Shown: positions 47,188 through 56,347 of the stretch, piece after piece | Layout: the number at the start of each line of letters is the position of its first letter | Position numbering within the stretch: position 1 is the first letter of the stretch | NCBI GenBank assembly: GCA_902788485.1 | Contig: CADAKI010000002.1 | Coordinates: 25,205 to 89,204 of the forward strand | Origin: an uncultured Pseudomonadota bacterium | GTDB lineage: Bacteria; Pseudomonadota; Alphaproteobacteria; Rs-D84 | Direction: 5' to 3' | DNA: 64,000 nucleotides | Position numbers and translations under genes: made by a program | The notes under the pieces: generated by a model | The model's input: only the letters and a program-made list of their open reading frames with translations | Databases searched by the model: none | Told to the model about the DNA's origin: nothing

Positions 47188-47520
47188 TTATGCCGCACGG
47201 ACGTGACGTTCGTGATTTTCCGTATCGTTGTCCATAATCTTTTTTGCTTCGGCAAACACCATTTCTTTGACTTTCAACGCCAAATCATGTGTTTCCAAAC
47301 TTTCGGCGGCAACATCAAAGTTGTCTGTTCTGATTTGCAAAGACACATACGCGCCAACCAGTGACGCACGTGGTAAATCTTCGATAGAACGTGGTGCATT
47401 ATTGTGGCCAATGTGCAATTCGTCACTCAATGACACGATTTGTCTGTCTTGATTTACCCAAACGGTGGTATTTAAAACCTGGTCCAGTGCAATCATGATT
47501 TGTTTAATATTTTTTTGCAT
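47188..47520 (-). CDS. hypothetical protein, possibly ribosome hibernation factor (HPF/RaiA)-like
   Basis: 110 aa. The C-terminal segment FDVAAESLETHDLALKVKEMV loosely matches HPF AEGQDMYAAIDGLIDKL. Weak. Confidence 0.3.
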   Translation of the reverse strand: MQKNIKQIMIALDQVLNTTVWVNQDRQIVSLSDELHIGHNNAPRSIEDLPRASLVGAYVSLQIRTDNFDVAAESLETHDLALKVKEMVFAEAKKIMDNDTENHERHVRAA

Positions 47521-47808
47521 TGTGTGGGTCCCTCCTTTCTGGGTGTGTTGGTTTTTTGGTGGTTTAACCTGTATTTACATACGTATTTACAAAATCAAAC
47601 CATCGTTTGGTTGTTTTTATTTTGTTTTTTGCCGGAAAACCAAGGTTTTCAGACGATTTAGAACTCTTTCCCCATGTCTATACAAACAGTTTAGAACAAA
47701 AACGAATCGCAGGTCAAGAGAAAAAATGATTTATTTCAAAAATATTTTAAAAAATATAAATTTGTCATTAAAAACCATAAAATCCCATAATTTGATTATA
47801 AATTGTCA

Positions 47809-47837
47809 TTGACAATGAAAAAGTCACATGCTATTCT
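47809..47837 (+). promoter_or_regulatory. candidate mraZ promoter TTGACA-17-TATTCT overlapping the palindrome CATTGACAATG
   Basis: Perfect -35 embedded in an 11-bp palindrome, about 55 nt upstream of mraZ. Confidence 0.4.
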
Positions 47838-47891
47838 GATGTCCAGAGGTACGAAAACGGCGGGAAAAACGCCCAAATTTGGAATATACAA

Positions 47892-48335
47892 ATGTCATTG
47901 TTTCTCTCATCTTATGAAAATCGTTTGGATAGCAAGGGGCGCATTTCTGTCCCGGCCCAATTTCGTACCGCGTTAAATAACGAAAAATTCGCGGGTGTCG
48001 TCCTGTATCGGTCGTTCACAAATAAATGTATCGAGGGATTATCCATGTCGCGTATGGAATCTTTGGCGGCGGCAACCGACAAAATGGGCGTGTTTGATAA
48101 CGCGTTGGATGATTTGTCGGCGATGTTGTTTGCAGATGCCCGTCCTTTACAATTTGATGTGACGGGACGTATTGTAATCCCGGCGGATTTATTGGCGCAT
48201 GCAGAAATTGATGATACGGCATTATTTGTCGGTCGTGGAAACAGTTTTCAAATATGGAACCCGGTGGCGTTCCGCGCGGCGCAAAATAAATCATTGGAAA
48301 ACTTGCGCGCGTCGCGGCCAAATTTGGTGGTGTAA
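47892..48335 (+). CDS. mraZ: transcriptional regulator MraZ
   Basis: Two MraZ repeats containing DxxGR motifs (DSKGRISVP, DVTGRIVIP). Confidence 0.85.
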   Translation: MSLFLSSYENRLDSKGRISVPAQFRTALNNEKFAGVVLYRSFTNKCIEGLSMSRMESLAAATDKMGVFDNALDDLSAMLFADARPLQFDVTGRIVIPADLLAHAEIDDTALFVGRGNSFQIWNPVAFRAAQNKSLENLRASRPNLVV

Positions 48336-48380
48336 AACAATCTGAAATATTTCGACAGATTATATTATGCAAAATAAAAA

Positions 48381-48402
48381 CCCCGTTTCCGGGGCTTTTT
48401 TT
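48381..48402. terminator. bidirectional rho-independent terminator (CCCCG-tttc-CGGGG + T7) between mraZ and the convergent 726-aa gene
   Basis: An A-run precedes the hairpin and a T-run follows it. Confidence 0.65.
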
Positions 48403-48418
48403 GTTTTATCTGGTTGCC

Positions 48419-50599
48419 TTATTCGCATGTCACAGAAGTTTTTCTCTTTCCGCGCGAATTTGTGTTATCCCATTCACATGCGCCGGTCAGTATTCTTTGT
48501 GACACCGTGCAATACACCTTGGTAGATGCGATGTCGGTTTGATCGGTCACATTGTTGCATACAGCGTTGATTTCATCATTGCTTGAAACTGTTTCGATAC
48601 TGGCATATGTTCCGGTCACCCATGTTTTCAATGCGTTGGGTGATATCGCGCCAAACACATTTCCATTTACCGACATGCATGTTTTTATTTGTGCATAGCA
48701 TGAATTGATTGCGGTTCTGGATTTTGTGTTATCCGGGTTTGCATCATCGTAATTATTTGATGTCAAACAACTCTGAACATCACCGATACAATCCGTTGCG
48801 TATGCTGTTAACAATTCGTCTTGTTGTGTCTTGATTTGAACCAATGCACGTTGCAAGAAATTTTTGATAACTTCATTGTCGGCTTTGTATTTACCTTTGG
48901 AATCGTATGTGTAATCTTGGCATTGATTTAACACAGACATGCACATACCGTAATCTTTGTTTGTTTTATCATCGTGATATCCGATTTTGTTTTGTAAAAA
49001 TGCAGACATTTTATCAGATGAATCTTTTGCATTTGTCAAACTAACCGTATTGTTTATGTAATTCACCAACGTGATATAATCGTCATTAGACACAGAATAC
49101 CATGGGTTTTTGTCGTTGTCGGTTTCCCATGTGCTGAACAAATTTTCATGTGAATATGTTGAACTGATTGTTGCATTGGTGTCTTCGGTGTTATTGCCCG
49201 GCATACTGCCAACGACGACGGCGCCATTTACAATATATTGACCGGTTGGGTCCAAACATCCTTCGTAATCAGAACCGCATACATAATCATCTTGCATGCA
49301 TGATTCCAACGCACTGACGCAGCCACGCAAATCGTAAGAATTTTTGTTTTGTGCAACCATCAAACGGGCTTTTTTCAAAACTTCCTTGGCATTTGCAACG
49401 GTTTGTGTCATTTGTTGATTTGATTCGGTTAATGCGCGTTCGTATGCCAAACATGCCTTGTCGATTTCCAAATCGTATGAATTTGTCACAACGGCGGCAT
49501 CAACACCTTGGGCGGTGCAGGCATTCAACACAGATGCCTTGCAACGTGCAGTTGCGGTTTTATATAAATTTTCGCCGCGTTGATTTGAAATACTGTTGGT
49601 GTTGTTTGTTGTGGTGGTCATAAATGAACTTAAATCAAAACCAAAATCACCCATATCGAAATTCAATAATCCCGACAAATCGAAATTCATTGCGCCGGTC
49701 GTGTCAGATGTGGTTGCAGTTCCACTTTTTACATCAACAACCATGCGTTTGACTTTGTCCAAACTGGAACGGATTGCGGAATTATCTTTGGCGTTTTTCA
49801 TTGATAATTCGGCCTCGGTCTCGTTAAACAATGTTGTGATTTGGTCCGCAGACAATCCGATGTATTGAATATTGCGTGCAACATCTTGTAATGCTTCGGT
49901 TGCGGCTTCTAATGCAACCTCGGTCTTTTCATAATTTTTCAAATTTTTGGAACATGTGCAACGACCCTGGTTATCATCCAATGCGTCGCAATAATTATCC
50001 ATACATGATGCGTATTGTGCCTGACAATATTCGGTCAAAGCCTTCATCGTGTTCATTTCGTTGGTGGTTTCCGTCGCAGATTCCGGTGTTGCAACCGGTG
50101 TTGCCGCAACATTTGCCGCACGGATTGAACCGCTGCGTGTTGCGATTGATGCGCGTGATGTTGTTCCACGTGATTGAACGGTTGCGTTTGGATTATATAA
50201 TGTTGTTGTTGTATTCAATGTTGTCGCACGTGCCGCCGAACCCGGACGTTGTTGCGAAACCGGTGCGGTTGCGCCTGTTGCGCGACGTGTTGATACAGAT
50301 GTTGTTCTGACGGGTGACGACACATTACGAACCGAAACCCCGCGTGAACGCACCGTGTTTGTACGTGTTGTTGGTACGCGTGATGTTGTTCGCGCCGTCG
50401 TCCGTGCCGTTGTCCGCGGTGTCATGCGCGCGTTTGTTGATTGTGCCATGGAATCATTTTTTTCTTCAATGGCGCCTGTATCGACATCGTTTAATTCAAC
50501 ATCAGAAAATGTCAAATCTTCGTCGTAATATACCGGTGCAACCTCAGCAAATGCGGGTAAAACCAACAAACTGCCAATCACAACAAACAATCTTTTCAT
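48419..50599 (-). CDS. large secreted Cys-rich protein with Thr/Arg/Ser-rich repetitive N-terminal region
   Basis: Signal peptide MKRLFVVIGSLLVLPAFA. Low-complexity RTTARTTARTTSR... segment (~150 aa). About 30 Cys, mostly in pairs 6-10 residues apart. A central coiled-coil-like segment. No recognisable catalytic motif. Confidence 0.6.
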   Translation of the reverse strand: MKRLFVVIGSLLVLPAFAEVAPVYYDEDLTFSDVELNDVDTGAIEEKNDSMAQSTNARMTPRTTARTTARTTSRVPTTRTNTVRSRGVSVRNVSSPVRTTSVSTRRATGATAPVSQQRPGSAARATTLNTTTTLYNPNATVQSRGTTSRASIATRSGSIRAANVAATPVATPESATETTNEMNTMKALTEYCQAQYASCMDNYCDALDDNQGRCTCSKNLKNYEKTEVALEAATEALQDVARNIQYIGLSADQITTLFNETEAELSMKNAKDNSAIRSSLDKVKRMVVDVKSGTATTSDTTGAMNFDLSGLLNFDMGDFGFDLSSFMTTTTNNTNSISNQRGENLYKTATARCKASVLNACTAQGVDAAVVTNSYDLEIDKACLAYERALTESNQQMTQTVANAKEVLKKARLMVAQNKNSYDLRGCVSALESCMQDDYVCGSDYEGCLDPTGQYIVNGAVVVGSMPGNNTEDTNATISSTYSHENLFSTWETDNDKNPWYSVSNDDYITLVNYINNTVSLTNAKDSSDKMSAFLQNKIGYHDDKTNKDYGMCMSVLNQCQDYTYDSKGKYKADNEVIKNFLQRALVQIKTQQDELLTAYATDCIGDVQSCLTSNNYDDANPDNTKSRTAINSCYAQIKTCMSVNGNVFGAISPNALKTWVTGTYASIETVSSNDEINAVCNNVTDQTDIASTKVYCTVSQRILTGACEWDNTNSRGKRKTSVTCE

Positions 50600-50725
50600 A
50601 TTTTTCTCCTACATTTTTATAAATATTTTACCATATTTCAGGGTATAAAACAAATAAAAAAAGTGCATTAATTGCACTTTGCCTGTACCCCCATAGCGCA
50701 AAGCGCGACGGGGCAAACTTTGAGA

Positions 50726-51076
50726 TTAGTGGTGCGCCACAATATGCAAAATAACACTGATGATAAATAAAACGGTTATGATTCCCAATAATATTTTCTG
50801 GGGCACATGATGATCGTCGTCACAATGGTCGTCATTGCAACATGGACAATCGCGCAAAACAAAAATCCAGGACATGCCCAACATTATGCTGGACAAAACA
50901 AAAATCCATGGTTCAATCCATTCAGGTATGTATTCGGTATGGGCAACCTCGGGCGCAAAAAGTCCCACAATTCCCATTACCACCGGCAACACACAGCAAA
51001 AAATGTGTGGCAAAATTGTGGCAATAATTCCAAATTTTACAACTTTGTTTTTCATATTGAAACCTTTATATGGCAC
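50726..51076 (-). CDS. small His/Cys-rich membrane protein (possible metal-binding)
   Basis: Three TM segments. Motifs FCCV, CPCCNDDHCDDDHH and a C-terminal HH. Confidence 0.45.
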   Translation of the reverse strand: MPYKGFNMKNKVVKFGIIATILPHIFCCVLPVVMGIVGLFAPEVAHTEYIPEWIEPWIFVLSSIMLGMSWIFVLRDCPCCNDDHCDDDHHVPQKILLGIITVLFIISVILHIVAHH

Positions 51077-51174
51077 CGCGTCCTAAACTGGCGACGATAA
51101 ATTAAACTTTCGCGCCTGTCGTCGCAAAACTTTAATTTATGGTACTTGTGCCACGAAGCACCAGCGGTGCGAAG

Positions 51175-51250
51175 TGGTATCCCCAGCAGGAATCGAACCT
51201 GCATCAGAGGTTTAGGAAACCCCCGTTCTATCCAGTTGAACTATGGGGAC
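51175..51250 (-). tRNA. tRNA-Arg (anticodon CCU)
   Basis: The minus-strand sequence GTCCCCATAGTTCAACTGGATAGAACGGGGGTTTCCTAAACCTCTGATGCAGGTTCGATTCCTGCTGGGGATACCA folds as a cloverleaf. Anticodon loop TT-CCT-AA. It closely resembles E. coli tRNA-Arg(CCU). Confidence 0.9.
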
Positions 51251-51371
51251 AGTTCCGATTATTTTAATCGAATAAAAATATAAAATCAACCGTTTGCAAA
51301 AAAACAAATAAATGTTGATTTTTTTATATGGCCCGATATAATAATTACGAAAAAACAAAGGGAAATTTGAA

Positions 51372-51659
51372 ATGGCAACAATAACCCGTAACGATTTGGC
51401 GTCCAACTTGCGCGACCGATTTGGTCTGACGGCAACGGATGCATACAAAATGATTGATATTATTTTCCAAGAAATTGGTGATGCGTTAACTAATGGCGAG
51501 GATGTAAAGCTGTCTGGTTTTGGGACGTTTAAAATTTTAACAAAACCTGCGCGCATCGGTCGCAATCCGAAAACTGGTGTGCCGGCGGTGATATCTGCGC
51601 GTCGTGTGACGGCATTTCGCCCCAGTGCCGAATTTCGTGCCCGTGTCGGAAATAAATAA
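51372..51659 (+). CDS. ihfA: integration host factor subunit (HU/IHF family; alpha-like)
   Basis: GFGTFxxxxxxxRxGRNPKTG arm motif; 95 aa. Confidence 0.75.
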   Translation: MATITRNDLASNLRDRFGLTATDAYKMIDIIFQEIGDALTNGEDVKLSGFGTFKILTKPARIGRNPKTGVPAVISARRVTAFRPSAEFRARVGNK

Positions 51660-51666
51660 TTCAAAA

Positions 51667-51691
51667 AACCGGTGTTATACCGGTTTTTTTA
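51667..51691. terminator. bidirectional rho-independent terminator (AACCGGT-gttat-ACCGGTT flanked by A6/T7)
   Basis: Lies between the convergent ihf and pepO genes. Confidence 0.65.
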
Positions 51692-51727
51692 TTGGTTATC
51701 GCGACGAATTCGCCAGGCCTAGACGGA

Positions 51728-53707
51728 TTACCATATCTTGACTCTTTTTTCTGGTGCAACATACATTTTGTTGCTTTGGTCCACGCCAAACGCATCATAC
51801 CACGCGTCGATGTGTGGCAATATTCCATTTACACGCCACCGTTCCAACGAATGCTCGTTTGTTTTGGTTTGTTTTAATACGGCCTCGTCCCGTATGTTGC
51901 TTGTCCAATTTGTTGCGTATGAAATAAAGAACCGTTGCACATCGGTAAAACCGTCCGCATCCCCGGTGCGATTACCGAAATTCATATACGCCGTATACGC
52001 AACCATGACACCGCCATAGTCCGCCAAATTTTCACCCAATGTAAATTCACCGTTCGCATGAACACCCGGCGCAACAATAATGTTGTTAAAGAAATCCCGC
52101 ATAACATTTGCGCGCGCAACAAAAGATTTTGCGTCTGCCGCGGTCCACCAATCGCGCATATTGCCATCTTTATCAAACTGACGCCCCTGGTCATCGAACC
52201 CATGCGTCATCTCATGCCCAATCACCGCACCAATCGCGCCATAGTTAAATGCGTCGTCCGCCGACATGTCAAAGAACGGATATTGCAAAATTCCCGCCGG
52301 GAAACAAATTTCGTTCGTTGATGGGTCGTAATATGCATTGACCTCGTGCGCATTCATGAACCAAATATTTGGATCTTTTTTTTGCCCAATTTTGTCCAGC
52401 CAAAAACGGTCTTCAAATTGCGCCACACGAATCATGTTGTCATATAAAGAATCGTCGCGTATTTCCAGTTTTGAATAATCGCGCCAAACATCCGGGTATC
52501 CAATTTTTGCATGGAAAGTATTTAATTTTTCCAATGCCTGACGTTTTGTGTCATCCGACATCCATGACAGATTTTCAATGCGCATCTTTAATGCAGATTG
52601 TAAATTTTCAACCAACGTTTGCATGCGTTTTTTTGCCGCATTCGGAAAATATTTTTTTACATACAACCGACCAATTTCTTCGCCCAAAGACCCGTCCAAC
52701 ATTGCAACGGCGCGTTTCCAACGTGGTTTCTTTTCGGCCTGACCTGACAAGACGCGTGAAAAATCAAACGCAATGTCGTATGTTTTGTCGTCTAAAAATC
52801 CCGTCGCAGAATTGATTACGCACCATTTTAAATAAGTTTTTATCAAATCTAAATCTACATCGTTCATGATTTTTATAGATTCCATTAACGGTTCAATTTG
52901 ATTCACATTGATATATTCAGGCGCAATAGAACGCGCGGCAAAATATTTGTCCCAATCAAATCCGGGCAATTCTGTTTTTAATTGTGCAATCGGCATTTTG
53001 TGATAATTTGCAACCGGGTCGCGCAATTTTTCTTTTTTATAGAAAGATTTTGCCATGCGTTTTTCTAATTCAAATAATTTTTTTGCATCCGCCGCCACAC
53101 CAAAATTTTCCATTTGTCGTGTGATGTATTCCAAATATTTTTCACGAACCTGTTTTGATTTGTCGTCGTCATCAAAATAATAATCGCGCGACAGACCAAT
53201 TCCACCTTGACCGATGTTGTATAAATAATGTTCGCTGTCTTTTTCATCCAATGCCACACCGTCGCCAAAAAATCCGTCGGCAAACGCATGGAATTTACCC
53301 AAAAATTCCGGTAATTCGTCGCGTGATTTTATCGCGTCAATTTGATTTAAATATTTTTGCACAGGTTTCACACCATCGGCATTTAATTTTTTTTCGTCCA
53401 TTGCGATTTTATATAATTTTCCGATTTTACCATCGTCACCATCCGCAATATCACGAACGCGTTCCAAATTAGTATTCACCAACACATCAAACATCCCGTA
53501 TCGTGAATAGTCCGCCGGAATTGGGTTTGCGCGCCGCCATCCGATTGTTGCAAAATCGTAAAAATCATCGCCCGGTTTAACGGTTAAATCCATGTCGGCC
53601 AATTTTATACCTGTATCCATTTTTTTCACCTTTATTTCAAAAAACGCAAATGTCAGTGTTATTGCCACTGCACAAATTCCAATAATGTTCCAAAATTTAT
53701 GTTCCAT
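51728..53707 (-). CDS. pepO: M13 family zinc metallopeptidase (neprilysin/PepO-like), N-terminal membrane anchor
   Basis: HEMTHGFDD (HExxH), downstream GENLADYGG (ExxxD) and an NAxY motif; 659 aa. Confidence 0.85.
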   Translation of the reverse strand: MEHKFWNIIGICAVAITLTFAFFEIKVKKMDTGIKLADMDLTVKPGDDFYDFATIGWRRANPIPADYSRYGMFDVLVNTNLERVRDIADGDDGKIGKLYKIAMDEKKLNADGVKPVQKYLNQIDAIKSRDELPEFLGKFHAFADGFFGDGVALDEKDSEHYLYNIGQGGIGLSRDYYFDDDDKSKQVREKYLEYITRQMENFGVAADAKKLFELEKRMAKSFYKKEKLRDPVANYHKMPIAQLKTELPGFDWDKYFAARSIAPEYINVNQIEPLMESIKIMNDVDLDLIKTYLKWCVINSATGFLDDKTYDIAFDFSRVLSGQAEKKPRWKRAVAMLDGSLGEEIGRLYVKKYFPNAAKKRMQTLVENLQSALKMRIENLSWMSDDTKRQALEKLNTFHAKIGYPDVWRDYSKLEIRDDSLYDNMIRVAQFEDRFWLDKIGQKKDPNIWFMNAHEVNAYYDPSTNEICFPAGILQYPFFDMSADDAFNYGAIGAVIGHEMTHGFDDQGRQFDKDGNMRDWWTAADAKSFVARANVMRDFFNNIIVAPGVHANGEFTLGENLADYGGVMVAYTAYMNFGNRTGDADGFTDVQRFFISYATNWTSNIRDEAVLKQTKTNEHSLERWRVNGILPHIDAWYDAFGVDQSNKMYVAPEKRVKIW

Positions 53708-53713
53708 AATTTT

Positions 53714-54784
53714 TTACCTTAAAATATCAACCAGCAAATCATCCAAAATTAAAATTCCGGCATCTGTTGCATAAATTTTATCGCCGTCAATTTTAACCAA
53801 CCCATTATGTGAATTTATAAAATCAAAATCCAGAACATTTTTTACATCATTATCTATGGTTGCGCCGCGCATGGTGCGTAATCCCGTCATCAATTTTTCA
53901 ACCGCGCGTGTTTTATTTGAAATTTCATTATATTTGATATCGCCGCCGGATTGTTCAAACCAAGTGTTGTTCATAAATACGCGTCCGTGTGCGCCATGGC
54001 CCAAACCAATATATGGTGCACCATCCCATACATTTTGATTATGCCGACATGTGTGTCCCGGTGCGGCATAATTTGAAACCTCGTACCGTTGCAGATTCAA
54101 ATGGTCTTGGATTGCCAAATACATATCTGCCATTGTGTTATTATCCGGCATGTTTAAATTCATTTGTCCAAATGGAGTGTTTTTTTCAATGGTCAATTCG
54201 TACATCGACACATGTTGCAATCCAATTTTGTTTATTTGATTGCATAAACAAATAATATTTTCCGTATTATGGTTTGGCAATCCGTAAATAAAATCTGCAC
54301 TGACGCGGATGTTTTTTTGCATTGCCATGTCCAGTATTTTTATTGCACATTCTGCATCATGTCGCCGTCCCAAAAATTGCAGTTCGTCGTCATCAAATGA
54401 TTGCACGCCAACCGATAATCGTGACAGACCGCATTTGATAAAATCGTCTAATTTTTGTGCCGACATTGTTCCCGGATTTGATTCAACGGTGATTTCAGAA
54501 CAATTTGATAAATCAAACCGGTGTGCAACATAATTTATAATGTCGCCAAAAATATTTGCTGGCATTAAACTTGGGGTGCCACCGCCAAAAAATATTGTTG
54601 GCACATTTATTTGACCCAATTTGCCGTGCCAAAAATTGACCTCGGACAAAATTTGTTTTTTATAAGATTCCCAATCTGGCGCGATGGCGCGTGAAAAAAA
54701 CGCGCAATAATTGCATTTAGAAATACAAAAAGGAATATGAATATATATGTTATGTGCGTGTGTCATGGTTTCAATGTTAAACAT
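53714..54784 (-). CDS. hemW: radical SAM heme chaperone HemW (HemN-like, oxygen-independent coproporphyrinogen oxidase family)
   Basis: CxxxCxYC radical SAM motif (CISKCNYCAF), GGGTPS and an HemN C-terminal domain; 356 aa. Confidence 0.85.
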   Translation of the reverse strand: MFNIETMTHAHNIYIHIPFCISKCNYCAFFSRAIAPDWESYKKQILSEVNFWHGKLGQINVPTIFFGGGTPSLMPANIFGDIINYVAHRFDLSNCSEITVESNPGTMSAQKLDDFIKCGLSRLSVGVQSFDDDELQFLGRRHDAECAIKILDMAMQKNIRVSADFIYGLPNHNTENIICLCNQINKIGLQHVSMYELTIEKNTPFGQMNLNMPDNNTMADMYLAIQDHLNLQRYEVSNYAAPGHTCRHNQNVWDGAPYIGLGHGAHGRVFMNNTWFEQSGGDIKYNEISNKTRAVEKLMTGLRTMRGATIDNDVKNVLDFDFINSHNGLVKIDGDKIYATDAGILILDDLLVDILR

Positions 54785-54856
54785 CAGAATAAAAAAATCC
54801 AGTAAATCATTTTTTTAGTTGCATTGGATATAAAAATTGTTTCATAATGCAATCAA

Positions 54857-56326
54857 ATGAGGAAGGATTTAATCACAATTTTGTTGGGTTTTTGCGCGTC
54901 GGTACCGGCAATGGCCAGTAACGAAGGTGTCCCATCATACTATCAAAAAAATGCAACATCAATGAATCGGGCGGGTTATGGTTCGTACCAAAACCGTGGT
55001 TATCAAAACTATGTCACACCCGGTTCTAAACAGGTCGTGTCGTCCAAAACCACCACGTACCAGGTTCCATCCGCATCTGCGGCAAATGTGTCACGCGGTG
55101 CGACAACAAAAAATGGTATTGCGCGTGCGGCATCGGACGAAAATGGTTTTTCGGTCTATGGTGGATACAGTCGACGTTTTGCGGATTTTGAATTCACAAC
55201 ATCGGTCAATTCTGTTTTGGAATGGGACGATATGCAATTTAATGAATTGACGGCGGGTGCGCGGTATAATTTTTCAATTCGTAATTTCGATATGATGGCA
55301 TTTGGTGAATACACATATGGCAAAATGGCAACGGGCGGTCTGTCCATGGATTACGATTTGCGCCCATATAACGACAGTATTTTGAACGAGGGGATATTTA
55401 CAATTTCTGTTGGTGACCAATCTGGTGATTCGCATCATATGCGTTTTGGAATTGGTGCGCGTAATATTTGGGATATTGGTGGTTGGAAATTGTCGCCGGT
55501 GATTGGTTATGAAATTTTCAAACATAACCTGCAAATGAACGACCATTATTACCCGAACCAGGGCGTATATATCCCATTGATGACCGCCGATGGTTATTAT
55601 GTGTTTGGTAACGCAACCAACGAAACATATTTTCCGGTTGCGCAATCTGATGTCAATGCATACGCGGAAAACGACAATTATTACCAGGTTTGTGTTTCCC
55701 CCGCGGAAATCAAGGTTGCATCGATAAACAGTGCGGGCGGTATTGAAATGAATGATTTGCCGGCACCAACCGACCCGTATTCGACATTGCCATGGGGGGT
55801 ATATTATGACGAATGTGTTGTGATTGGTGGTGATGGTCCAATCATGATTTCGGGAAAAACACATGAATATAACACAACATGGTCTGGATTTTTTGTTGGT
55901 TTGGAAATTGAAAAGCAAATGACATGGAACGATAAATTGCGTTTTTATGGTCAAATCAGTATGCCCAAATATTCGTCCGAGGGTATTTGGCCAAACCGTA
56001 CCGATTGGCAACAGAGCCCCAGTTTCCTTGACGAGGGCGACGGTGGCGCATTGGCATACCAATTAGAAATGGAATATATAATGAAATTGTCTGACCGGTT
56101 GAATTTATCGTTAAAGGCCGACACAAATTATTTCCATATTGGTGAAATTGGTGGTGAAATTTATTGGGCACCATACACCGAATATACATACACCGATAAT
56201 GGCGATGGTACGGTTGATATTATGGCAACAACATATCCGGGCTATACCGAAAGTGTGGCCCAGGCATTAAAAGAGGCCACATGGCGTTCATTCGGGTTGT
56301 ATTTGGGCCTGAAATATTCGTTTTAA
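54857..56326 (+). CDS. outer membrane beta-barrel protein (489 aa)
   Basis: Signal peptide (…VPAMA), Gly/Tyr-rich amphipathic strands and the terminal LGLKYSF aromatic motif. Confidence 0.5.
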   Translation: MRKDLITILLGFCASVPAMASNEGVPSYYQKNATSMNRAGYGSYQNRGYQNYVTPGSKQVVSSKTTTYQVPSASAANVSRGATTKNGIARAASDENGFSVYGGYSRRFADFEFTTSVNSVLEWDDMQFNELTAGARYNFSIRNFDMMAFGEYTYGKMATGGLSMDYDLRPYNDSILNEGIFTISVGDQSGDSHHMRFGIGARNIWDIGGWKLSPVIGYEIFKHNLQMNDHYYPNQGVYIPLMTADGYYVFGNATNETYFPVAQSDVNAYAENDNYYQVCVSPAEIKVASINSAGGIEMNDLPAPTDPYSTLPWGVYYDECVVIGGDGPIMISGKTHEYNTTWSGFFVGLEIEKQMTWNDKLRFYGQISMPKYSSEGIWPNRTDWQQSPSFLDEGDGGALAYQLEMEYIMKLSDRLNLSLKADTNYFHIGEIGGEIYWAPYTEYTYTDNGDGTVDIMATTYPGYTESVAQALKEATWRSFGLYLGLKYSF

Positions 56327-56347
56327 TTTGTAATCGGGGTTTAATGT

